The notes beneath the pieces were generated by a model. It ran no database searches. It was not told where the DNA came from and saw nothing but the letters and a program-made list of their open reading frames with translations. Made by a program: the position numbers and the translations under genes. A stretch of 64,000 bases of DNA from Candidatus Eiseniibacteriota bacterium (GTDB lineage: Bacteria; Eisenbacteria; RBG-16-71-46): positions 672,001 to 736,000 of the forward strand of contig OY970178.1 of NCBI GenBank assembly GCA_963707915.1. Direction: 5' to 3'. Of this stretch, positions 20,774 through 29,233 are shown one piece after another; the first letter of the stretch is position 1, and each line of letters begins with the position of its first letter.

Positions 20774-21700
20774 ATGCTGGCTGCGCACGCGCTCGTCCTC
20801 CTCGTACTGGCGGCCACCCCGCCGCCCCTGACCGTCCGACAGGTGCTGGAGTCGTACCCGGCCGACAGCCTGTTCGCTCCCCTGGCGGCCCTCGAGAGCG
20901 GCCGTCGCGGAGCGGAGTCGGCGCAGGCGGCCCTGACGCTCGGCCGGCTGCACTATGCCCGCGGCGAGTACCGGCAGGCCGCGGCGGACTTCTCCCGCGC
21001 CGTCCCGCACGCCGATCCCGTCCGTCGCGGCGAGGCCAGTTACTGGACGGGCCTCGCCGCGCTCGGGGCCGGCGAGGTCCGGCAGGCCCGCGCGGCCTTT
21101 GACGAGGCGTCCAGGAGTGGCTCGGCGCGCCGGCCGGAGGCCCAGCTCGGCGTGGCGCTCTGCTGGGAGGCGTCGAACCGGCCCGAGCGCGCGCTCGAGA
21201 CGCTTCAAGCCCTGCTCGCCGGCGACCCGGGCGAGGCCGGCCCGCCCGCCCTGGAACGGGTCGCCGCGCTCGCCACCCGCCTCGCGCGGCCCGAGCTCGC
21301 CCGCCGTGCGCGCGAGCGCCTCGCGAAGGACTACCCACGCAGCATCGAGGCGGTCCGGGCCAGCGGGACGGCCGCCGCCGGGGCCCCGCGCGCCTCCCGC
21401 CCGGGAGCGGGCGCGCCGGGCGTCGCCGCGGCGCGCGTGGCGCCCCCGCCGGTCGCGGCGCAGGTGCCGCTGGCGGTCCAGGTCGGCGTCTTCCGCGAGG
21501 AGGCCAGCGCGCGCGATCTCGCCGCGCGGGCCCGGCGCGAGGGCTTCGGGCCCGCGCGCGTCGCGGTCCTCCCCGAACCGGGAGGCAGGCTGTTCGCGGT
21601 GCGCGTGGGGGTCTACGCCACGGCCGGGGACGCCCGCGCCGCGGGCGAGCGGCTGGGTCGGGCGCTCGGCCTCTCGTGGCGGGTGGTGCCGGTACCGTGA
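20774..21700 (+). CDS. Exported TPR + SPOR domain protein
   Basis: Signal peptide, TPR-like helices, Ala/Pro linker, SPOR motif VQVGVF...VRVGVY. Confidence 0.8.
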   Translation: MLAAHALVLLVLAATPPPLTVRQVLESYPADSLFAPLAALESGRRGAESAQAALTLGRLHYARGEYRQAAADFSRAVPHADPVRRGEASYWTGLAALGAGEVRQARAAFDEASRSGSARRPEAQLGVALCWEASNRPERALETLQALLAGDPGEAGPPALERVAALATRLARPELARRARERLAKDYPRSIEAVRASGTAAAGAPRASRPGAGAPGVAAARVAPPPVAAQVPLAVQVGVFREEASARDLAARARREGFGPARVAVLPEPGGRLFAVRVGVYATAGDARAAGERLGRALGLSWRVVPVP

Positions 21701-24318
21701 GGGCGCCCGGAGCGATGGGCCGGACCCCGCTGATGGATCAGTACCTCCGGGTCAAGCGCGAGCATCCCGACGCCTTCCTCTTCTTCCGGCTCGGCGACTT
21801 CTACGAGATGTTCTTCGAGGACGCCACGCGGGGCGCCGCGCTGCTCGGTCTCACGCTCACCTCGCGCAACAAGCAGGACCCCGATCCCATCCCGATGTGC
21901 GGCATCCCCTGGCACCAGCGCGATGCGTACCTCGCGCGCCTGCTGCGGCTCGGTCACAAGGTCGCCGTCTGCGACCAGCTCGAGGACGCGGCCGTGGCCA
22001 AGGGACTGGTCCAGCGCGGCGTCACCGAGGTGCTGACCCCGGGATCGGTCACGGGGGACGCCTTCCTCGACGCCTCGGCCAACAACTTCCTGGCAGCGCT
22101 CTGGCCCGGCCCGGAAGTCCTGGGCGTCTGCCTGGCCGACGCCTCGACCGGCGAGGTCAAGCTCGCCGAGGCGCCATGGGGAGACGCGGCCGGGTTCCTC
22201 TCCCGGCTGCGCGTGGCCGAGTGGCTCACGCCCCAGGAGTCCGACCTGCGCGAGTCGGCGGGGGACGGGCGCCTCGCGGCCGCGCTGCTGGGGCTCCCGG
22301 GCACCCGCAGCTCCGCCTCCGCGCGGCGCTTCCTCGATCTCGGTCTGCCGCGCGCGCGCTGGGACGCGGCCGGCGCGGCCCTGCTCGACGAGCTGCCGGT
22401 CGCGGCCGTGGCCGCCGCGGCGGCGCTCGACTACCTCGACCGCGTGCAGGGCGGCGCGGCGCTCCAGCTCACCCGGGTCGAGCGCTGGGCCGAGGAGTCC
22501 GTGTTGCGCTACGACGGCGCCACCGCGCGCCACCTCGAGCTGTTCCAGGCGCAGCCCGGGGGCGACCCGGCGCACACGCTCTGGCGCCACCTGAACCTGT
22601 GCGCGAGCCCGCTCGGCACGCGCCTGCTGCGCGCGTGGCTCGAGCGCCCGCTCACCGACCTCGCCGCGATCACGGAGCGCCACGACGCGGTCGCCGCCTG
22701 GCTCGGGGCCGGCACCGCGCGCACCGCGTTCCGCGAGCGCCTCAAGGGGCTCGCGGACCTGGAGCGCCTCGCGGCCCGGCTGGCCTGCGCCCGGGCCACC
22801 CCGCGCGACCTCGGGGCGCTGCGGGATTCGCTCGGCCGCCTCCCCGCGCTGGCGGCCGCGCTGCAGGAGCGTGCCGGGGCCACCGCGGGCCCCGCCCCGC
22901 TCGCGGTCGATCCGGTCCTCGAGCGGATGCTGGCGCAGGCGCTGGTGGACGATCCGCCGCCGGTCTCGCGCGACGGCGGCATCATCCGCGCCGGTCACGA
23001 CGAGCGGCGCGACGAACTGGACGCCCTGGCCCATTCGGGGAAGCGCTGGATCGCCGAGCTCGAGTCGTCGGAGCGCGCGCGCACCGGGATCGGCAGTCTC
23101 AAGGTCGGCTTCAACCGGGTCTTCGGCTACTACCTCGAGGTCACGCGGTCCCACCTCGACAAGGTCCCGACCGACTACGAGCGACGCCAGACGCTCACCA
23201 CGGCCGAGCGCTTCGTCACGCCCGCCCTGAAGGCGCGCGAGGCCGAGGTGCTGGGCGCGGAGGAGAAGCTGAAGGCGCTCGAGCACGAGCTCTTCACGGC
23301 GCTGCGCGACCGGGCGGCCGCCCATGTCGCCGGGGTCCTGAACGTGGCCGCCGCGCTCGCGCGCCACGACGCGGAGGCCACGCTCGCCGAGGTGGCGGCG
23401 CGCTACGGCTGGGTCCGGCCCGAGATGGACGATTCGGATCGCATCCGGCTGGTGGCGGCACGGCACCCGGTGGTCGAGCGCCTGCTGGCGCGCGGCGAGT
23501 TCGTGCCCAACGACTGCGCGCTGGACGGCTCGGCCCGGCAGATCCTGCTGTTGACCGGCCCCAACATGGGCGGCAAGAGCACCTACCTGCGCCAGGTCGC
23601 GCTCATCGTGCTGCTCGCGCAGAGCGGCTCGTTCGTGCCCGCCGCGAGCGCGGCGATCGGGCGCGTGGACCGGCTCTTCACGCGCGTGGGCGCGGCCGAC
23701 CGGCTGGGGGCGGGGCAGAGCACCTTCATGGTCGAGATGAGCGAGACCGCGGACATCCTGCGGTCGGCGACGCCGCGCTCGCTGGTGCTGCTGGACGAGA
23801 TCGGGCGGGGGACGGCGACCTACGACGGGCTCGCCCTGGCCTGGGCGGTGACGGAGCACCTCCACGCGGGCGACGGGCCGCGGCCGCGCACCATCTTCGC
23901 GACCCACTACCACGAGCTCACCCAGCTCGCCGGGAGCCTGCCGCGCCTCGCGAACATCCAGGTGACCGTGGAGGACTCGGGTGGCGGCGTGGTGTTCCTG
24001 CACGGCATCGCCGATGGCGCGGCCGACCGCTCCTACGGCATCCACGTCGCGCAGCTGGCCGGGCTCCCGGAGACGGTCCTCGCCCGGGCGCGGGAGGTGC
24101 TCGTGGAGCTGGAGAGCGAACGGACGGTCGAGCACCTCGAGCCGCCCGGACGACGCCGGCCGCGCGCCGCGCGTCCGGCCGCGAACCAGCTGCCGTTGTT
24201 CGGCGCGGACCCGCACCCGGTGCTGGAGGAGCTCCGGCGGCTGGAGCTCGACCGGCTCTCGCCGCTCGACGCCCTCAACCGGATCGCGGGGTGGAAGCGC
24301 TCGCTCGGGACGGGATGA
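21697..24318 (+). CDS. mutS: DNA mismatch repair protein MutS (start may be ATG 21715)
   Basis: TPLMDQY, FFRLGDFYEMF, TGPNMGGKSTYLRQ, STFMVEM, LDEIGRGT, FATHYHEL, SYGIHVAQLAG. Confidence 0.97.
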   Translation: MRAPGAMGRTPLMDQYLRVKREHPDAFLFFRLGDFYEMFFEDATRGAALLGLTLTSRNKQDPDPIPMCGIPWHQRDAYLARLLRLGHKVAVCDQLEDAAVAKGLVQRGVTEVLTPGSVTGDAFLDASANNFLAALWPGPEVLGVCLADASTGEVKLAEAPWGDAAGFLSRLRVAEWLTPQESDLRESAGDGRLAAALLGLPGTRSSASARRFLDLGLPRARWDAAGAALLDELPVAAVAAAAALDYLDRVQGGAALQLTRVERWAEESVLRYDGATARHLELFQAQPGGDPAHTLWRHLNLCASPLGTRLLRAWLERPLTDLAAITERHDAVAAWLGAGTARTAFRERLKGLADLERLAARLACARATPRDLGALRDSLGRLPALAAALQERAGATAGPAPLAVDPVLERMLAQALVDDPPPVSRDGGIIRAGHDERRDELDALAHSGKRWIAELESSERARTGIGSLKVGFNRVFGYYLEVTRSHLDKVPTDYERRQTLTTAERFVTPALKAREAEVLGAEEKLKALEHELFTALRDRAAAHVAGVLNVAAALARHDAEATLAEVAARYGWVRPEMDDSDRIRLVAARHPVVERLLARGEFVPNDCALDGSARQILLLTGPNMGGKSTYLRQVALIVLLAQSGSFVPAASAAIGRVDRLFTRVGAADRLGAGQSTFMVEMSETADILRSATPRSLVLLDEIGRGTATYDGLALAWAVTEHLHAGDGPRPRTIFATHYHELTQLAGSLPRLANIQVTVEDSGGGVVFLHGIADGAADRSYGIHVAQLAGLPETVLARAREVLVELESERTVEHLEPPGRRRPRAARPAANQLPLFGADPHPVLEELRRLELDRLSPLDALNRIAGWKRSLGTG

Positions 24319-24820
24319 CGGCGGTGCGGCGCCGGCGCGAGCCGCCCGCGGCGGCGATGCGCTCCCGGCGCCACGCCTGCAGGCGCGCCCAGTGCGCCGG
24401 GCGCTCGGTCCGGATCCAGTCCTCGAAGTCCGCGGGCGTGGCGAACCAGGCCCGGATGTCCGAGAGCGGCAGCCAGCGCTCGCACGAACGCGGGTCGTAC
24501 TCCCGGCACATCACCGGATGCCGGCCGTGGATCGCGCAGCGATCGTCCGCGGCCAGTTCCGCGCACCGGGTCTCGAAATGCAGCGACCAGCGCTCCGGGC
24601 GCTCCACGTAGAGCTGGACGCCGCGGTGGTGCAGGGCCCAGATCCACTGGTCGTATTCCCACGGAGAGCGCGGCGCGTCGACTTCGACGGTGATGTAGGT
24701 GCAGCACTTGACGCAACCGCGGCACAGCGCCGCCGTCTCGGCCCGGCGCAGCGCGAGGGAGGGCCGGGTGTCCTCGGCGGGAGCCGGGCGGCGCGGGGGC
24801 TGCCGATCTCGTCGTTTCAT
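24275..24820 (-). CDS. YkgJ-family cysteine-cluster (Zn/Fe-chelating) protein
   Basis: CRGCVKCC, RCAEL...RCAIHGRHPVMCREY pattern. Confidence 0.8.
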   Translation of the reverse strand: MKRRDRQPPRRPAPAEDTRPSLALRRAETAALCRGCVKCCTYITVEVDAPRSPWEYDQWIWALHHRGVQLYVERPERWSLHFETRCAELAADDRCAIHGRHPVMCREYDPRSCERWLPLSDIRAWFATPADFEDWIRTERPAHWARLQAWRRERIAAAGGSRRRRTAVIPSRASASTPRSG

Positions 24821-24982
24821 GGGGTCCCTGTATAGCCCAAGCGGGCCGGGGAGCCAAGCGGACGAGGCGCGACGGGCGCCCCTCTCCGACGTCGGCCCGG
24901 GGCGGCATCGCCGGCGAGGGTCACGGGCGGGCAGCGGTCCCGCGCGCCCGCCCGCGACCCTCGCCCAGGATGCGGCGGGAGC

Positions 24983-25330
24983 TCAGTGGGACCGTGCGAG
25001 CCCCTTCCAGACCATCCCCACGATACTCAGCACGACGGCCGCGATGACCGTCGTGCCGAAGCCGCCGGGGATCGAGAAGCCGTCCACGAGCCGCGACGCG
25101 AGCCACAGCATCAGCCCGTTGAGGACGAGCAGGAAGAGGCCGAGCGTGAGGACCGTGAGCGGAAGCGTCAGCAGGAAGAGGACGGGCTTGAGCAGCGTGT
25201 TCAGCAGGGCGAGCCAGAAGGCCGCCCACAGCGCGGGCCCCCAGCCGCTCACGTGGAACCCCGGCAGCACGCGCGTCAGCAGGAGCATCGCGCCCGCCAT
25301 CATGACGAAGTACAGCACGATCCCGCTCAC
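24983..25330 (-). CDS. 'Phage holin family' (YvlD/DUF360-like) 4-TM membrane protein
   Basis: LPGFHV..W..AL..A..L.LLNTLLKPVLFLLTLPLTVLTLGLFLLVLNG motif; GTG start overlapping the upstream stop. Confidence 0.85.
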   Translation of the reverse strand: MSGIVLYFVMMAGAMLLLTRVLPGFHVSGWGPALWAAFWLALLNTLLKPVLFLLTLPLTVLTLGLFLLVLNGLMLWLASRLVDGFSIPGGFGTTVIAAVVLSIVGMVWKGLARSH

Positions 25331-27180
25331 GTGTCCTCCAGCACGTCGAGGCAGTTCTCGTAGCGGCCGAACGAGGGCATGAGGTAGACCCCGTTGGCGC
25401 TCGAGCGACACTGGGCGAGGAGGTCCCGCGCGAGCTCGACGCCGGCCCGCTGGCCTTCGTTGCCCGCCGCGTGGAGCCGGGCGCGGATCCAGTCGGGCAC
25501 CTGGATGCCCGGGACCTCGTTGTGCAGGAACTCCGCGTGCCGGAACGACTGCAGCGGCAGGATCCCGACCAGGATCGGGATGCCGGGGCTGCCGCCGAGG
25601 CGCCCGAGGAATCGCTCCCAGGTGCCCAGCTCGTAGACCGGCTGCGTCATCACGAACTGCGCCCCGGCGTCGAGCTTCTGCCGGAAGCGGTCCAGCTCGA
25701 TGTCCAGGTCCTCGGCGGTCGGGTTCACGCCGCAGCCCATCACGAACGAGGTGCTCGCGCCGATGGAGTTCCCCGCCAGGTCCGTGCCGTGGTTCATCTG
25801 GCCCACGATGCGGATGAGCCCCATCGAGTCGGTGTCGTAGACGGCGGTGGCGTTCGGGTAGTCGCCGAGGCTGGGCGGATCCCCGGTGAGGCACAGGATG
25901 TTGCGCAACCCGAGCGCGTGGCAGCCCAGCAGGTCGCTCTGCAGGCCCATCAGGTTCCGGTCGCGGGTGGTGAAGTGCAGGATGATCTCGAGCGCGGGCA
26001 GCTGGGCGTGGACCTCGTAGGCGAGCGCCAGCGCGCTCATCCGGATGCGGGCCATCGGGGAGTCCGCGATGTTCACCGCGTCGACGCCCCGCCGCGCCAT
26101 GAGCTGGGCGCCCTCGAGCACCTTCTTCGTGGAGACCCCGCGCGGCGGGTCGAGCTCGACGCTCACCACGAACTTGCGCCGCAGCTGCGACAGGAACGGC
26201 GCCTCGGAACCGGCGGGCGCGGACTCGGCCGGGGCCGGGGGCTGCTCCAGCACCCGCACTTCGGCCCCGGGCGTCAGTTTCTCGGCCGGCAGGCGCGAGG
26301 CGAGCCGCTCGTGCATGGCGCGCACGTGGGCGGGGGTGGTGCCGCAGCACCCGCCCACGAGGCGCACGCCCATCTCCAGCGCGCGGGCGGCGAATTCCGC
26401 GAAGTACTCGGGGCTCGCGAGATAGTGGAATCGGCCACCGTGCAGGTGCGGCAACCCGGCGTTCGGCATGGCCGATACCGGCACGCTCCCGGCCGCCGCC
26501 GCGAGCATCTCCTCGAGCACTTCGAGGGTCGCCTGCGGGCCCACGCCGCAGTTCACGCCCACGACGTCCGCCCCGGCCTGTCTCAGCGCGGGCACGGCCA
26601 GCGCCGGGGCGTGCCCGTAGAGCGTCTTGCCGTCCACTCCGAACGTCATCTGCGCGATCACCGGCAGATCGATCGAGACCCTGCGCACCGCGCGGAGGGC
26701 GGCCAGGATCTCGTTGAGGTCCTGGAACGTCTCGAGGATGAAGCCGTCCACGCCTCCCTCGATCAGCCCTTCCGCGGTGGCCTGGAACCAGCGCTCCGCG
26801 TCGGACACCGCCACCTGCCCGAAGGGCAGCAGCGCCTTGCCGAGCGGCCCGATGGAGCCCGCCACGAACGCGGGCACGCCGGCGATCTCGCGCGCGGCGC
26901 GGGCCACGCGCGCTCCCTGGCGGGCGATGATCCGCACGTCCTGCTCGAGCCCGTGGGAGAGCAGGCGCTGGTGGTTCGCGCCGAAGGTGTTGGTCTCGAT
27001 CAGCTCGGCGCCCGCGGCGAGGTATTCGCGGTGGATCGCCTCGACCAGCTCGGGGCTCGTGACGTTGGCCTGGTCGAAGCAGTGTCCGAAGGGGACGCCG
27101 CGCTCGTAGAGCAGCGTGCCCATCGCGCCGTCGGCCAGGAGGGGTCCCTGGGCCAGCCGGTCGAGCAGGGGCGCGCGCAT
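25327..27180 (-). CDS. Bifunctional homocysteine S-methyltransferase / methylenetetrahydrofolate reductase (YitJ-like)
   Basis: DGAMGT, IETNTFGAN, GVNC, PNAGLP, GGCCGTTP, then a MetF-like domain (VELDPP, ADSPMA, RDRNLMGLQS, LTGDP, TQPVY). Confidence 0.93.
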   Translation of the reverse strand: MRAPLLDRLAQGPLLADGAMGTLLYERGVPFGHCFDQANVTSPELVEAIHREYLAAGAELIETNTFGANHQRLLSHGLEQDVRIIARQGARVARAAREIAGVPAFVAGSIGPLGKALLPFGQVAVSDAERWFQATAEGLIEGGVDGFILETFQDLNEILAALRAVRRVSIDLPVIAQMTFGVDGKTLYGHAPALAVPALRQAGADVVGVNCGVGPQATLEVLEEMLAAAAGSVPVSAMPNAGLPHLHGGRFHYLASPEYFAEFAARALEMGVRLVGGCCGTTPAHVRAMHERLASRLPAEKLTPGAEVRVLEQPPAPAESAPAGSEAPFLSQLRRKFVVSVELDPPRGVSTKKVLEGAQLMARRGVDAVNIADSPMARIRMSALALAYEVHAQLPALEIILHFTTRDRNLMGLQSDLLGCHALGLRNILCLTGDPPSLGDYPNATAVYDTDSMGLIRIVGQMNHGTDLAGNSIGASTSFVMGCGVNPTAEDLDIELDRFRQKLDAGAQFVMTQPVYELGTWERFLGRLGGSPGIPILVGILPLQSFRHAEFLHNEVPGIQVPDWIRARLHAAGNEGQRAGVELARDLLAQCRSSANGVYLMPSFGRYENCLDVLEDT

Positions 27181-27303
27181 GAACGACAGCCTACGTGGTG
27201 GAGCGCGGGGTGGCAAGACCGGGCCCGGCCGCGGCGCCGCGCGCCAACGGGGGCGCACGGGCTTCCGCATCTACATCGCTTCGTCAATTCCGCGCCGGGA
27301 GGA

Positions 27304-27332
27304 TTGGCCGCCCCGGGAGCCTCTGATAGAGT
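27304..27332 (+). promoter_or_regulatory. Putative sigma70 promoter for the S55 protease operon (near-leaderless)
   Basis: TTGGCC-N17-TAGAGT with extended TG; ATG 27341 lies 8 nt downstream. Confidence 0.4.
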
Positions 27333-27340
27333 GCCGGTCC

Positions 27341-29233
27341 ATGATACGGATCCGGTGCGACCTTCCCGCCCTGCGCACCCCGCACGGGGCCCGCGTGACG
27401 GCCGGGCTGCTCTTCGCCGTGCTGGCCGCGCTCGCGAGCGCGGCGTCGTCGCACGCCGGGACCGGGCCTCCGCCCACTCTCGCGCCCGAGCAGCTCAAGT
27501 TCGGCGACCGGGCCATCGTCCGCTCGGTCTTCCGCGGCGACTCGATCGAGGAGTTCCCCGCGGAGATCGTGGGGGTCATCTCGGGCGGCCGGGTCGACGG
27601 CCAGACCATCATCGCGCGGGCGACCTCGGAACGCCTCCGGCAGCTCGGCGTGGCCCAGGGGATGAGCGGCTCGCCGGTCTACGTGGACGGCCGCCTGATC
27701 GGGGCGCTGGCCTCGTCGTGGCCCTTCGGCCGCGAGCCGCTCTTCGGCGTCACGCCGATCCGAGAGATGCTGAGGTTGTTCGACCAGCCGCCGGCCTCCA
27801 CCAGCGGTCCCTCGGGGGGCCCCGCCGGCGTGGAGCTTTCCGGCCTGCCGGGCGGCGTCAGCTTCGGCGAGTTCCACTGGGACGAAGGCGCATCCGGCGA
27901 GCCGTTGCCGGCCCCCGGGGCCGATCAGGCGCCGGGCGGGCCGCTCGCGGGCGAGCTGGTGTCGCTGCCCGTCCCGCTTTCGTGCGGCGGCCTGGCCCCG
28001 GCCGCGCTGGACGCGGCGCGCCGGTGGCTCGCGCCCCTCGGCTTCACCGCCGTCCCGGGCGGGAGCACCCCCGACGGCGGTCCGGACGCCGCGAGCCTGG
28101 AGCCCGGTTCCGCGGTCGCGGTCGATCTGATGCGCGGGGACCTGCAGGTGTCCGCCATCGGCACGCTCACCTGGCGCGACGGCGACCGGGTGCTGATCTT
28201 CGGGCATCCATTCTTCCAGTCCGGCGACGTGCGGTTGCCGCTCTCGACCGCGCGCATCACCACCGTGGTCGCGAGCGAGTACGTCTCCTTCAAGCTGGGC
28301 TCGCGCGGGCGGGAGGTGGGCGTGGTAACGCAGGACCGGCGGCCCGGCGTGTCCGGCATGCTCGGGCCGCGCGTGCCGCTTCTGCCGCTGACGGTCCGCA
28401 TCGACGGCGCGCGGCCGGCGTCGCAGAGCTTCCGCTTCGAGGTGGTCGAGGACCGCACCCTGGCGGCGCAGATGGTGGGGCTCGCCACGTTGAACTGCCT
28501 GCTCGAATCGGGCGGCACCGGTCCGGGCCAGACGCTGGCGTGGACCCTCACGCTCCACCGGCGCGGCTCGCCTCCGCTGGTGGTGCAGGACTTCAGCGCG
28601 GGAGAGTCGCCCACCGGCGAGGCCGCGAGCGCGATCAACGGGCCGCTGGCGTTCCTGATGGGGAACCCGTTCGAGCGCCTGCGCCTCGACAGCATCGGGA
28701 TCGCGATCCAGGTGTCGCCCGGGCGGCGCCAGTGGGCCCTGCGCTCGGCCCGGCTGCTCGATGCGACGGTCCGGCCCGGCGGCCGCGCGCGCGTCGAGTG
28801 CCGCATCGAGCGCTGGCGCGGCCCGACCGAGACGCGCGTCATCGAGCTGCCCGTCGCGGCGGAGCTTCCCGATGGGCGCTACAGCCTCTGGGTGGGCGGC
28901 GGGGCGGAGCTGTCGCGCTACGAAGCCACGCGCTTCCCGGCCCGCTACCGCCCCACGTCGCTCGACGACGCCTGGCGGCGCCTCGGGCGCCTCCGGTCCT
29001 CGGGCACGCTGTGCGCCGTGATCCTCGCGAGCGCGCCGGACGTCACCGTCGAGGGGCGCGATTACCCCGAGCTGCCGGCGTCGGCCGCGGCCCTGCTCTC
29101 GAGCGGGCAGGCGGCCGGCGACCTCGCGCGCCGCGCCGACGCCGCGCTGCTCGACGAGACGCGGCTCCCGCTCGGGGAGACCATCCGGGGCGAGCTGCAG
29201 CTCGCCCTCACCGTCGATTCCAAGACCCCATGA
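27341..29233 (+). CDS. SpoIVB-like serine peptidase (family S55), exported; start uncertain
   Basis: GVAQGMSGSPVYVDGRLIGA and SAIGTLTWRDGDRVLIFGHPF motifs; hydrophobic signal segment. Confidence 0.85.
   Translation: MIRIRCDLPALRTPHGARVTAGLLFAVLAALASAASSHAGTGPPPTLAPEQLKFGDRAIVRSVFRGDSIEEFPAEIVGVISGGRVDGQTIIARATSERLRQLGVAQGMSGSPVYVDGRLIGALASSWPFGREPLFGVTPIREMLRLFDQPPASTSGPSGGPAGVELSGLPGGVSFGEFHWDEGASGEPLPAPGADQAPGGPLAGELVSLPVPLSCGGLAPAALDAARRWLAPLGFTAVPGGSTPDGGPDAASLEPGSAVAVDLMRGDLQVSAIGTLTWRDGDRVLIFGHPFFQSGDVRLPLSTARITTVVASEYVSFKLGSRGREVGVVTQDRRPGVSGMLGPRVPLLPLTVRIDGARPASQSFRFEVVEDRTLAAQMVGLATLNCLLESGGTGPGQTLAWTLTLHRRGSPPLVVQDFSAGESPTGEAASAINGPLAFLMGNPFERLRLDSIGIAIQVSPGRRQWALRSARLLDATVRPGGRARVECRIERWRGPTETRVIELPVAAELPDGRYSLWVGGGAELSRYEATRFPARYRPTSLDDAWRRLGRLRSSGTLCAVILASAPDVTVEGRDYPELPASAAALLSSGQAAGDLARRADAALLDETRLPLGETIRGELQLALTVDSKTP

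Noticed and set aside
24983..25330. Prophage, suggested by a 'phage holin family' gene
   Set aside because: No endolysin, structural or integrase genes nearby; this family is common in chromosomal contexts.
27181..27300. SAM riboswitch upstream of the yitJ-like methionine gene
   Set aside because: No SAM-I core (ATC..GAG...GCAACC...GTGC...GAT) recognisable on the minus strand.
25471..29229. N-terminal ~1250 aa of the 1982-aa ORF 25471-31419
   Set aside because: Shadow frame antisense to the yitJ-like gene and out of frame with the S55 gene; only the part from ATG 29230 looks like real protein.
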